A DNA stretch of 63,155 bases, taken from Octopus bimaculoides. Taxonomy: Eukaryota. The stretch lies in NCBI RefSeq assembly GCF_001194135.2, contig NC_069000.1, positions 21,593,381 to 21,656,535 of the forward strand, given 5' to 3'. Positions 11,761-24,866 of the stretch are shown here, in pieces. The position numbers and the translations under genes were made by a program. The notes under the pieces are model-generated. The model searched no databases, was not told the DNA's origin, and saw nothing but the letters and a program-made list of their open reading frames with translations. The first letter of the stretch is position 1; each line of letters opens with the position of its first letter.

Positions 11761-11925
11761 TAGGTCAATCCTTTAGCTTTTATGGCAGTATCTAAAGTAT
11801 CACCATGTTACCTTTCTGTCAAGCTGGAACTCCCACTCACAAGTTCTGTTTGTGACTTACAACTGGTTGTATCACAGAAACTCCCAGTTGTCCTTAGTTA
11901 CGTATCTATCATGTGTGTGTGTGTG

Positions 11926-11959
<34 letters not shown>

Positions 11960-12050
11960 TACATGTATACATCTGTATGTATCTATACATATGTAATATA
12001 TTATATGTATATACGTCTGTGTGTGCATGCACATGTGTATATATATATAT

Positions 12051-12093
<43 letters not shown>

Positions 12094-12616
12094 CACACAC
12101 ACACCAGGTATTGAATTCACATTAATCAGAGGACCAGCTCTGCTTGTCTCTTTTTATCAACTCAATGATAATAAAAACATATCCTCCTCTTCAGCTTCTT
12201 TTGTTTTCATCCTCTTCCAGTTTTTTTCTTCCACAACTGAGATTTTCCTTGCGTGTTATCTTCATCTTCTCATTTCATTTCACTGTCCTTAACAGATCTC
12301 TCCCCATGATCAGCACCACTGGATCTGACTAAATTCTTGTTCCTCACCACATTCAATTTTTGCAACTGCTTTGATTCTTTTCAAACTTTTACTAGATTTG
12401 GGTCCTGTATTGCTTGTTACCTGATGAAAGTGCAGGCTTCTACAAAACATTAAAAGTGGGGGAGAGTGTTTTGGTGGAGAAGATTAATAACTTGTTGTTT
12501 AGCCCTGATTTGAACACAACTGTTGATCAAATAAAGACATTCCAACCACCATTATTATCCTGTCTTCTTTTTTTCAGACAGGCTACCTATGACTACATTT
12601 TATTAAATGTGCTCTT

Positions 12617-12651
<35 letters not shown>

Positions 12652-13235
12652 CATCATCATCGTTTAACGTCCGATTTCCATGCTAGCATGGGTTGGACGA
12701 TTTGACTGAGGACTGGTGAAACCGGATGGCAACACCAGGCTCCAAATATATATATATATATATGTATGTATGTATGTGTATATGTATATATGTATATATA
12801 TCTTTAAATAGTAGAGCACAGTTGGGAAGATTTGGCTGCTATTTCTATTGGGGGAAGGTTCATATTGATTTGTAAAAGAAATATTCAATAATGCTTTGAT
12901 GATTCAGACGTTTGGTAATACATTGGTTTCTGAGTTGGGAGTGCCTAGGTGGAAGTGGCATGAGATGAACCTGCTTTGAGGAGCAAAGGCTACTGTTGTT
13001 TGTTCATTGTTGATACTGTTTTCCTAAAAAGTAATTATATTTGGATTAAAACAATATTTTTTTTTTGTTTGAGATTTAAAATTTTGTTTCTGTCAGTAGA
13101 TAAGAGATAGACTTATTTTCCTTTAGACTTAGTACATTCTGAAACAATTACCTTTCTCACTAAATCTTGTATGTAAATGTTTCTGTTTAGTCTATATATG
13201 AGTGTGTGTGTGTATTTAGTCACACAAATATGTGC

Positions 13236-13272
<37 letters not shown>

Positions 13273-14606
13273 CCCTTCCCTTCCCTAATACTCTCTCTGT
13301 TAATCTCTCTATATATTCTTACTGTAATAAACTTTTTCTCTCAGCACCTCACTTAAATTCATCACCCTTTCTTCTGCTCTCTTGTTCTCTCTTTGTGTGA
13401 TGGGGATCTTTACTCATTGTAAATCAAATTTACATGTTAAACTTCACCAGATCTGTTGACATGAAGGAAGCATCTAGTACCCCTTATAAAGTGGTTGGTG
13501 TTAGGAAGCCATCCAGCTGTAGAAACCTTTCCAAAACAGAGACAGTTGAGCAAGACATGGTCCTGTGATTTGTTGAACTGCTCAGCCAATGCCAGCATGG
13601 AGAGCAGTTATACAATGGATGAGAAACACTATTCAATATGTACAGTAGAATTTATTTGTTTGAATATAGTAATTTGCTTTGTTGCTTCTCTGAATTTTTT
13701 GCTTTGTACATTTATTGAAGTGACATGAAGCATTAGCTTGAAAGGAATGCACATATACATATCCTTACTCTAATTCCCTTTTTTTCTCCCCTTCACCATT
13801 TTCTAGCTGTCTCTCTCCCCCTCTTTCTCCGTTTCTCTCTCTTGTTGCTCACACGTGACCATCATCCATCTTTCTTTTCCTCATGTAATCATCTTTCTTT
13901 TCTTTAAGGACTGGACATCTCTCTCTTCTATCTTTTCTCCTTTCAAAGAAAATATTCCTCTTGCATTCACTGTTTTACCCTCTGTTATATCGCAATACTA
14001 CACAGTGGCTGTGTGAGCATCTTCATCTCCGTCGCCACTGTTATATCACACGTTCGAATGACCTCTACTCAACTTCTAGACTTCTCCCTCTATATCTACG
14101 TATTGGGCTAGCCTACTTCATCGTCTGGGGGTGTCGACACAACACCCTCATTCTAGTCTATCGACCCTCCATGTTTGTTTTCGGTCGTTTTCCTTGTATG
14201 TTTCCACTGTCCTGTTTTTGTTCCCAACTTTGACCCTCCATAAATCCCAAATTATATATATATGTATATATACATACATGTGTATATACTTGTGTGTGTG
14301 TATATATGTATAGATATATATATATGTATACATATATGTGCATATATATATGTTTGTGTACATATATATATGTGTAGTATATATATATATATGTGTGTGT
14401 GTGTGCATATATACATATATGTGTATATATATGTTTAGTGGTATTTTGTTCTGAGTTCAGATTCCGCCGAGGTCGACTTTGCCTTTCATCCCTTTGGGGT
14501 CAATTAAATAAGTACCAGTTATGCACTGGGGTCAATGTAATCGACTTAATCCTTTTGTCTGTCCTTATTTGTCCCCTCTATGTTTAGCCCCCTATGGGAA
14601 ATAAAG

Positions 14607-14645
<39 letters not shown>

Positions 14646-15118
14646 ATGCAATCACACAGCATATGGTTGTGCGATTAAGAAGTCTGCCTCCCAGCCCATT
14701 TTGTGGCACCTTGGGCAAGTGTCTTGTACTGTAAGCCCTGGGCCAATTCAGACCTTATCAGTGGATTTGATATGTGGAAACTGAAAGAAACCTGGTGCAT
14801 GTGTTTGTGTCAGCATCATATAAGAAGTGTTATTTTGTTTCCAGTCTTTGAAAATGTCTGGCCAGGAAGGAATACTATTTTGCTTGGGAACAGGTGAGGG
14901 TTGGTGACAGTAAGTGCATCTGGTTGTAGAAAATCTGCCTCAGTGGATTCATTCTGACCCATGCAAGCATGGAAAAGTAGATGATAAAACAATTACTACG
15001 ACACATGTAGTAACAAGGATAACCAAAAGACTATTTGTTGTATTGGTGTGAACACCTTTAGTTAGTAATAACAAAACTGTTTTGGCATTTCACACCTTTT
15101 TTTATTTTCTCTTCTCAG

Positions 15119-15133
15119 GCATTTTTTAACCAG
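15119..15133 (+). CDS. Candidate 15-nt frame-preserving microexon (AFFNQ in phase 0)
   Basis: cacctttttttattttctcttctcag|GCATTTTTTAACCAG|gtaaaa: long pyrimidine tract, CAG|GTAA donor, length divisible by 3, located in non-repeat sequence. Confidence 0.4.
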
Positions 15134-16481
15134 GTAAAAAAAAAAAGAGTTATAAATATTTATCAATCAGTGATTTTAGTAGAATCATTAATGCTGGACA
15201 AAATACCTTTTCAGTATTTAATTTAATTACTTTACATTTTGATTTCATATCTCACTGAAGTCAGCTTTGCCTTTCATTCTTCCATCTGGCAGTGGTTGAT
15301 AAAATAAAGTACCTGTCAAGTACTGGGGTCTATTTAACCCTTTATTAATCATGCATTATTTCGTAGCTTTGAGATTTTGATGATGTGACTGTTTATTTTT
15401 AGAATGACATTGTAGGGTAGATGTGAGAGGCCTCATCTGGCTGGTTTGAACATAAAACAGGTAGAATATTTGGGCTGGATGATGGACTCTCCCGTCAAAG
15501 ATGACAGATGAGTGTTCAGCTTTTGCCAAGTGACCTGCATAACTAATTTATAGTGGTCAAACTTATATGTTGTACATTAGCTTACTCTCTCCTTCAAATC
15601 AACATTTCCTAAACAGGTGAATGGTGTATCACATCAGGTGTTGAAGTGATTGCAGAGCAATGTGAGATGCAGTCAACACAAACCTAATCTAGGGACTGAA
15701 ACCATGATCCCACACTTATGAGTGCAACACCCTAACCACTAGGCCATATGTCCTATAGCCAGTATAAATGCAAAAGAGTTAATCCAGGAATCTTGCTCTT
15801 CTCACGTTTGTGGCCATGTGAATTTATAACAAATTGTTATTGTTGGTGAGGTTTCGTTGATGTTTACCCTGCTATCACCATCACCAACCAACTCCCACTT
15901 CTCAAATTGAACAAGCATTTCTGTCCAGATCATCCCATTTTTATTTATATCTAGGACTTCATTGTCCAATTGCAGCAAGTTGAGTGGCCTCACAGAAGCT
16001 CTCTTGCTGTCATGGTGAGTAGTCTGATGTGGCAGAAAACTTTCACTAAATAGCTTAATCATTTATTTTTTTTCTTTCCAATCTCTAGAGTTCTTGCAGC
16101 ACTTAATGTGCTTAATGTGCTTAAGTTGCTGTTACCAACTCTCATTAACTTTTGAAGACTTCATTCTTAATAAAGGAAAAACTTCTTTTTAAAACCTCAT
16201 AATCAAGTCATTGTCATTTGCCAAGTGAAAGATGTATTTTGTTAAAAACCCGGAAGAAACATGCTAATTTTTACTTGGGGGTGGGGTGGGGNNNNNNNNN
16301 NNNNNNNNNNNNNNNNNNNNNNNNNNNNNNNNNNNNNNNNNNNNNNNNNNNNNNNNNNNNNNNNNNNNNGGGGGTGGAAATTAAAACTTCTTTATTTTCT
16401 AATCCTATTGCTGTAAATGTTTCAATGCTGTCTCTGCAGGGTTCACTGTCCTTAAATTTCAACTGAATTATTATTATTTAA

Positions 16482-18035
16482 GGCGGTGAGCTGGCAGAAT
16501 TGTTAGCATGTTGGACGAAATGCTTAGTGGTATTTTGCCTATTGCTATGTTCTGAGTTCAAATTCCATCGAGGTCGATTTTGCCTTTCATCCTTTCGGGG
16601 TCGATGAAATAAGTACCAGTGAAACACTGCGGTCAATGTAATTAACTATCCCCCTCCCCCAAATTTCAGGCCTTGTACCTATAATAGAAAGGATTATTAT
16701 TGTTATTATCATCATCATCATCTGACCTTATGCTTAAAGTAGAAACAGCATTATCTCATCATCTGAGCAATGGGTTGGCAGAATTGATACAGGCAATGGA
16801 CAAAATATCTTTTAGTATTTACTCACATCCCTTTACATTCTGTGTTTGAATTCTGTCATTGTCATCTTAGCCTTTCATTCTTCTCAGATTAATGAAATAA
16901 GTACCAGCCAAGGATGGAGTGCATGAGTGAATGGAGGGGATATAATTCTGAGTTTCAATTCATTCTCACCCTGTTCCACCCCCAATTGTGGGGTTTTTTT
17001 TAACCTGTTAGAAATTATTATTACTAGGGTGGCAAGCTGGCAGAACCATTAGCATGCTGTGAAAAATGCTTAGTGGCATTTTGTTTGTCTTTATGTTCTG
17101 AGTTCAAATTCTGTTGAAGTCAACTTTGCCTTTCATCCTTTCAGCATGTAATTGACTGTAATGTAATTGATGCAATTGACTAATTCCCTTCCCCAAAATT
17201 TCAGGCTTTATGCCTTTAGTAGAAAGGCGGCGAGCTGGCAGAAACGTTAGCACGCCGGGCGAAATGCTTAGCGGTATTTCGTCTGCCGTTACGTTCTGAG
17301 TTCAAATTCCGCCGAGGTCGACTTTGCCTTTTATCCTTTCGGGGGTCGATAAATTAAGTACCAGTTACGCACTGGGGTCGATATCATCGACTTATTCCCT
17401 TTGTCTGTCCTTGTTTGTCCCCTCTATGTTTAGCCGCTTGTGGGCAGTAAAAGAAATAAGAAAGGATTATTATTATTACTAAGATAGTGAACTGGCAGAA
17501 TCATTAGCATGCTGGACAAATTGCTTAGCATTTTGTCTATCTTCACATTCTGAGTTCAAATTCCACCAAGGTTGACTTTATCTTTCATCTATTTGGAGTT
17601 GATGTAATCAACTTACCCCCTCTCCTGAAATTGCTGGCCTTGTGCCAAAATTTGGAACCATTATTATTATTACTACTACTAAAGTAGTGAACTGGAAGAA
17701 TCGTTAGCATGCTGGGCAAAATGCTTAGTGGCATTTTGTCCATCTTTACATTCTGAGTTCAAATTCTGCTTAGGTCAACTTTGCCTTTCATCCATTTGGG
17801 GTTGATAAAATATATACCAGTTGAGCAGTGGGGTTGATGTAATTGACTAGCCCTATCTCTCAAATTTTCAAGCTTTGTGCCTATGATTGAAAGAATTAAT
17901 ATTACTAGGGTGGCAGGCTGATAGAATAATGTACCAGTCAAATACTGGGAAGAGGTAGGGGGCTTTGATGGTACTGACTAACTCTCCCTTTCCCCTTGAA
18001 ATGGGTGGCTTTGTGCCTAAATCAAACATTGTTAT
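16482..18035 (+). mobile_element. Head-to-tail array of about 7 copies of a second tRNA-derived SINE ('ggcggcgagctggcagaa' head)
   Basis: Heads near 16482, 16765, 17028, 17226, 17483, 17682 and 17907, most preceded by (ATT)n/(ACT)n tails. B-box gagttcaaattcc is present in most. The young copy 17228-17458 has target duplication AGAAAGG at 17221-17227 and 17459-17465. Confidence 0.85.
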
Positions 18036-18747
18036 AGCTGCTGCTAACCACATTTCACTAAATTCTATTGGGAAAGCTGTAAATGTGTCATTTTTACCTC
18101 ATTTCACATCCCTTTCAAATTTATCAATCTTTATGCAAAAATAAATAATTGCTCGCATTGCAAATTGCAATACCTGAGTAATTAAGATGTTAAAACTCTT
18201 GGATAATGAACCAGGAGTTCAAAACCAGCTGCAAGCATTGTCTCACTAAACACATCACATTCCTTATTTTCCTTTGTTCCTTTTTAAAATATCATGCTTA
18301 ATTAAAAAAAAAAGATTATTATTATAATCTTTATTATTTTTGTATATAAACTTTTTTTTCCTTTTGTATTATAAAAAAACAAAAACATCTTAGAAATGAT
18401 TTGCTTAATAAATTGGTTTCATTTATTCCATCACTATTGTAATCTTATCTTTATTCACTTTGGTATACTGTGTCTTTGATTGAGCTGTTTAGTTTGCTAT
18501 TTTGAACCTGGCATGACTTCAATCAACATATATATATATTGCTTCATCTTTGGGCATGATTCCTAGGGAGGCACTTGGTCAGATAATTTTGCATTGTGTC
18601 ACTATAGGTAAACTATCAATCATATTTCATTGATTAATTGCTCTGTACTCAGCTGGGAGGATTCTTTCCTGGGTAACCAACCAACCAATCACATCATCAT
18701 AAGCTCAGATTTTATTACATCCTTTGAATTGTATTCTGAGGCAAGTC

Positions 18748-18783
<36 letters not shown>

Positions 18784-18919
18784 GACAAAAATACAAATGG
18801 TCACACTCCTTCCTTGTAACAGAGTGATTAGCAGCACAACAGAAACTGATCCATGTTTTTCCTTTTAAAAAATTCTCTGAATCAGTGGCTATCTACAAAA
18901 TAACCAGTTCTCAAAAAAG

Positions 18920-19290
18920 CAAAAACAAAAAAGAGGTGAGGGACGAGGTGGTAAAGCATGATCTTCGAATGTTGAGCCTCACTGAGGCGATGACAAGTGA
19001 CCAAGACCGGGACAATATGCTGTGCTTGAGAAGACTTGTCAAGCCAAGTGAAACTGTAGTCATGACTGTTGCGAGTGTCTTGTGAATGGCACCCATGAAA
19101 TCGTAGTCATGGACATCACTAGTGTCATGTAAATGGCATGTAAGAAGCATCTGTTACACTGTCGGAGTGGTTGGTGTTAGGAAGGACATCCAGCTGTAGA
19201 AACCATGCCACATCAGACTGGAAATTGGTGCAGCTCTATGACTTACCAGTTCCAGTCAAATCGTCTAACCCATGCCAGCATGGAAAGCAG
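18920..19290 (+). mobile_element. 3' end of an RTE LINE with its (GAT)n tail
   Basis: DEVVKHDLRMLSLTEAMTSDQD matches the RTE C-terminus, followed by the tail catgccagcatggaaagcaggtgttaaatgatgatg. The same tail recurs near 12655(-), 44800, 46270 and 49170(-). Confidence 0.75.
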
Positions 19291-20616
19291 GTGTTAAATG
19301 ATGATGATTAATGAGTTGTCCAATACTTCTACTCCAGCAAGGATTAAATGTAGTCAAGGATTCCTAGGAGATACCTAATTACACTTGATCCTGGCTTATT
19401 TCTTTTTTTATGAAATGTTAACCCTTTTTATACCAACCCACCTGGGACTGCCCCTGGTCCTATGATACAAACTTACTGTTTTTAAATAATCAAAATTTCG
19501 TGTGAATTTATGTTCCAAATACTAGTTGAATAATGACAGTTATTTTGGTAAATTGTTCAATATTTTTAAAAATTAATTAAAACAAAGGTGGTGCATTTCA
19601 ACAGAAATTTGGTCACAAAGGAGTTAATCTTCAAGCACTTTCAGTAAGGTACTTTTCTCAATCACACTCATCCTTCCACTTTGGAAGATTATGCAGGCTA
19701 TGGACACAACTTGTCACCTGTGAAACTACTTTCAGGTTTATGCTTTTCTATTCAAGTATTATTAAAACTGCAACTTAAATATACTAGTCCTTTCTGTTTT
19801 AGTAATTCTGAAATTATTCTTTCTTGCTTGAAACTCGTTTCTTCTTTGTCAGATTATATGTTAATTTAATTTAACTTGAACAAAATCAATTTTTGTGAAG
19901 TAGAGAGTTATTTACCTATAGCACTAGCAACAACACCTACTTTTGCTTTCTTCTTCACTCCGAGACAAAGAGCAAAGCTGGAAATGCAGGACTCTTTACT
20001 CTTCTTACCAAACTTACTGAAATCTCCAATGAGTATTTCAGTGTGTATTACTGGTACTAACGAATGAAAAACAAAATTGAGCTCAACTCATTCTGATAGT
20101 AAAACATTGCACCAGATACAATAAACTGCTTGGTTTGGTTTTCTTTTGCCCAGATGGTCCTGTCTTCACATATCAACCTGACTTATGTCTTTCAGTTCAT
20201 AAAACGGATTATACTATATATAAAGCACAACCCTTGAGCTGTGGAACTCCTTGTCAGAGAAACTATTACATTCAGTCAATGCTACACTCGTTCTTCAATA
20301 CCTTTAACAGAGATGTAGCACTCAGCACTTTACTCTGTTCAGTTAACACTAATGCCAAACCAACTCTTAAGGCCTACATAGGCTAAAGAGTAGAGCTCTT
20401 CATCTGTGGAACCTGCGTTTGTTTCATAACCAACTGTTTTATCTTTCTACCCATGTGGAACCTATATGGCTTATGGGTACAATAATTCCTCATAAGATGC
20501 ACATTTTGGGATTAGTGGAAACTGGTGGTGTCAGGAGACTGTTTACAACGACCCAGTAGTTACAATTTGAAGGAGATTTAGCTGCTATTTTCACCTGGTC
20601 AAGCAACTATCTAGAA

Positions 20617-20914
20617 CAGTGGTTCTCAAATGATGCACTAATTTGTCTTAATGTATATTTTGGTGTGCCACAGATTCCCAAAAATTAAATTTAAGGCTTT
20701 AGAAAATCCATCTTAATGCTTGAGTGTCTTGTAAAAGGAGTTATTGATAATTTTCTTATATAAAAGTATGATTAATAATACAAAATAGTTTACTTCTCTT
20801 TTTCTAAATTTTAAACTAATGTGTTTTTTTCTAATTTTCAATGCACAGTGTACCAATAATTTTTTATTTGATCTCTAGTGTGCCATAAAGAGAAATAAGA
20901 TTTGAGAACCACTG
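20617..20914. mobile_element. hAT-type MITE
   Basis: TIRs cagtggttctcaaa and tttgagaaccactg. Diverged 8-bp flanks ATCTAGAA and ATCAAGAG. Confidence 0.7.
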
Positions 20915-22291
20915 ATCAAGAGTTACTGTTACTGACTNNNNNNNNNNNNNNNNNNNNNNNNNNNNNNNNNNNNNNNNNNNNNNNNNNNNNNNNNNNNNNN
21001 NNNNNNNNNNNNNNNNNNNNNNNNNNNNNNNNNNNNNNNNNNNNNNNNNNNNNNNNNNNNNNNNNNNNNNNNNNNNNNNNNNNNNNNNNNNNNNNNNNNN
21101 NNNNNNNNNNNNNNNNNNNNNNNNNNNNNNNNNNNNNNNNNNNNNNNNNNNNNNNNNNNNNNNNNNNNNNNNNNNNNNNNNNNNNNNNNNNNNNNNNNNN
21201 NNNNNNNNNNNNNNNNNNNNNNNNNNNNNNNNNNNNNNNNNNNNNNNNNNNNNNNNNNNNNNNNNNNNNNNNNNNNNNNNNNNNNNNNNNNNNNNNNNNN
21301 NNNNNNNNNNNNNNNNNNNNNNNNNNNNNNNNNNNNNNNNNNNNNNNNNNNNNNNNNNNNNNNNNNNNNNNNNNNNNNNNNNNNNNNNNNNNNNNNNNNN
21401 NNNNNNNNNNNNNNNNNNNNNNNNNNNNNNNNNNNNNNNNNNNNNNNNNNNNNNNNNNNNNNNNNNNNNNNNNNNNAATTTCAGTTTTAATTTTAGCCAG
21501 TTATTTCATGAAAATTCACTTTTTTTTAACCCCTACAAATATACATAGTTTTTGTTTTCTTTTACTGTTTTTTCTCTTTCATATGGAGCTGGTATGGCCA
21601 TGGTATATTAAAACACATCTATATATTAATTAACATATACTTGTACATACATGTTTTAATTACAAATGTACAGACATTGAGACATGCCTTTGTAGCATGA
21701 ACATTGTACCAGTTGACAGAAACTGACCCAATCTTAAGGTAGGGTGATGGGAAATATAACCCTTGGTTTCACATTTTTTAACTTTTGATTTCATGTAATA
21801 TTTCATGCTTTCCTATGATTTTATTTTATTATGTTTGATTTTTTTCTGTTTGTTTATTGGCATAAAACTTCATGAATGCTTAAAGGCTCTTAATGAATCT
21901 GATGAAAGTTATACAGTATGTGTATGTTAGAGAGTGAAAGAACTCGTGTGTATGTGTGTGTCTTTGGCTATGTGTGTACATGCATGCTGAGTGATTTTTA
22001 ACTATGATGTTCTATTACTTTCAGTTGAAGTGTGCAAATGATTTTTAATTTATTTCTTTCCTGGTGTTTAAATTTTTGATGATGATTGAATAAACAAATT
22101 CTGATAATTTTTGCAAGGAAAAATAAAATTTAAAAAATGTGTACCATATGGCTTTGAGTTGAATCAATTTTTTTTTTTTTTGAAAATTTATTAACCTTTT
22201 GGTATCTGGAGTGTAGTCACACACTTTGACTCTGTCATTTTATACATGATAGATGTACAGGCAATACCAGTGCAGTTTGTGTGTGTATATA

Positions 22292-22334
<43 letters not shown>

Positions 22335-23424
22335 CAGGCATGGCTGTGTGGTAAGAAGCTTACTCTCCAACCACATTATTCCAGGCTCAGTCCAACTATG
22401 TGAAACCTTAGGCAAGTATCTTTTACTATAGCTTCGGACCAACCAAAGCCTTGTGAGTGGATTTGGTAGACAGAAGCCCCTTGTGTGTGTATATTTATAT
22501 GTGTGTGTGTGTTATTGTCTGTTTGGCAACCAGTGTTAGTGTGTTTACATACCTATAACTTAGCGGTTTGGCAAACGAGACTGATAGAGTAAGTACCGGG
22601 CTTAAAAAAGAAAGTACTAGGGTCGATAAATTGTGATAAATATTACCTCTCAATATTAATACAGCCTCTGTTGCTAATATATATGATACAGCAAAGGCGG
22701 TGAGCTGGTAGAATCATTAGCATGCTGGGCAAAATGCTAAGCAGCATTTCGTCCATCTTTACGTTCTGAGTTCAAATTCTTTTATTTAAGACAGCATTAG
22801 GGGTGTGATTTGAGGGAGATTAGGCTACTATTTCTTTCATTGGCTTGTGTGTGCAGTTTGGTGGTTTATCTTCTCAGCAATGCATATCTATAATGAACAG
22901 ATATGTAAATAGAACCTGAGCAATAATTCCACAATATCAATACCAGCAACCACATTCCACAAATGCAGAGATGTGAAATCATTTCCTAGCTCATACACAG
23001 AATGGTTACCTAACCTACCTGCATGTATGCCTTGCTCTGCCCTAGTCAAATGGGATGTGCTCCATTTCATTTATGGGGTGAATTAACTTCTTATCTGCCT
23101 TCATACTATAACACACGACAACTATTACACAATGGATATGTGCCAACTGATGGTATTGCTATTTTTGTCTTGCAAGTTGTTTACTGGTAGCTTTCTGTTT
23201 GCCAAGAAAGCATGTACATGTATGTGTGTGTATTTATATATATATATATATATATATACATACATATGGATACACAAACACTTTTATATTAGCTTCTTTG
23301 TGTATCATTGCACAGATCATATAAGACTGTTTCTATTTGTTTTCAGTTATCTAAAAGTTATTGCACAATTGCAGACTGAAGCTAAAGCATCTGTTCTTTT
23401 GTTTAATAGATAAAGTGGCTATTG

Positions 23425-24070
23425 TTGAAGTATTTAGCAACAGCCCTTTACATTCAGAGTTCGAGTAACACTAAGGCTAACTGCCCCTTTCATCCTTCTA
23501 CTATTGATGAAATAAAGTACCAGTCAAGTAAGTACTGGGGTTGATGGTATGAAAACCCCATTGCTCAAAACTGTTGGCCTTGGGCCTAAATGAGAAACCA
23601 TTATTATTAGTAGTAATATTATGGCAGTGAGCTGGCAGAATCATTAGCACACCAGGCAAAATGTTTAGTGGCATTTTGTTTGTCCTTATGTTCTGAGGTC
23701 AAATTCCACCATGGTCGACTTTGCCTTACATCCTTCTGGGGGTCATTGAAATAAGTACCAGTTGAGTGCTGGGGTTGATGTAATTGATTCACCTCTTCCC
23801 CTGAAACTGTTGGCCTTGTGCCAAAATTTGAAATTACTACTACTACTCCTGCTGCTGCTGCTGCTGCTACTACAACAAAGGTGGTGAATTGACAGAATCA
23901 TAACTGTGCCAGGCAAAATGCTTAGTGGCATTTCATCTGTCTTTACATTCTGAGTTCAAATTCCAATGCGGTTGACTTGGCTTTTCATCCTTTCAGGGTG
24001 GATAAACTAAGTACCAGTTGAGTACGGGGGTTGATGTAACCGTCAGTAACCTTCTCCACCAAATTTTTAG
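23425..24070 (+). mobile_element. Second head-to-tail array (three copies) of the 'ggcggcgagctggcagaa' SINE
   Basis: Heads near 23425 (degraded), 23623 and 23879, separated by (ATT)/(ACT)/(GCT) microsatellite tails. Confidence 0.75.
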
Positions 24071-24490
24071 TCAAATGAAGTGACCCCAGTACTTATTTTT
24101 GTGTCAAGCCTGGTACTTATTCCGTCAGAGTCTTTTGTTGAACTGCTAAGTTACAGGGATGTAAACACACTAGTTGTTAAACAGTGGTGGGGGAACAAAC
24201 ACAGACACGAAGACACACACACACACACATATACAGTGGGCTTCTTTCTGTTTCCATCTACCAAATTGACTCACAAGCCTTCGGTTGGCTTGAACAGTTG
24301 TCCAAGATGCCACGAAGTTGGACTGAACCAGAACCATGTTGCTGGGATGCAAGCTTTGTATTACACAGCCACACCTGCACCTATATCAGCAAAAAAAAAA
24401 AAAAAAATTGTAGCATGTTTACATCTGTGTAAAACAACAGACACATGTCACAATGAAATTGGTTGGTTGTTCAGTTACTATTAGCCCTAG

Positions 24491-24866
24491 GTGGAGGCGC
24501 AATGGCCCAGTGGTTAGGGCAGCGGACTCGCGGTCATAGAATCGCGGTTTCGATTCCCAGACCGAGTGTTGTGAGTGTTTATTGAGCGAAAAACACCTAA
24601 AGCTCCACAAGGCTCCGGCAGGGGATGGTGGCGAACCCTGCTGTACTCTTTCACCACAACTTTCTCTCACTCTTTCTTCTTATTTCTGTTGTACCTATAT
24701 TTCGAAGGGCCAGCCTTGTCACACGCTGAATATCTCCGAGAACTATTCTTTAGGGTACACGTGTCTGTGGAGTACTCAGCCACTTGCACGTTAATTTCAT
24801 GAGCAGGCTGTTCCGTTGATCGGATCAAATGGATCCCTCATCGTCGTAACTGATGGAGTGCCAACC
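24491..24866 (+). mobile_element. Third tRNA-derived SINE family, full-length young copy
   Basis: A box tggcccagtgg and B box gtttcgattcc. An 11-bp target duplication ATTAGCCCTAG lies at 24480-24490 and 24867-24877. Confidence 0.9.

Noticed and set aside
14040-14150. Minus-strand gacgatgaag...ggctagccc motif resembling a hammerhead
   Set aside because: The core and GAAA are both broken. At most a dead Penelope-like remnant.
24491-24570. tRNA-like sequence (also at 26501 and 46020-46095 minus)
   Set aside because: A and B boxes are present but there is no closed acceptor stem, and each continues into a SINE body. These are SINE heads, not tRNA genes.
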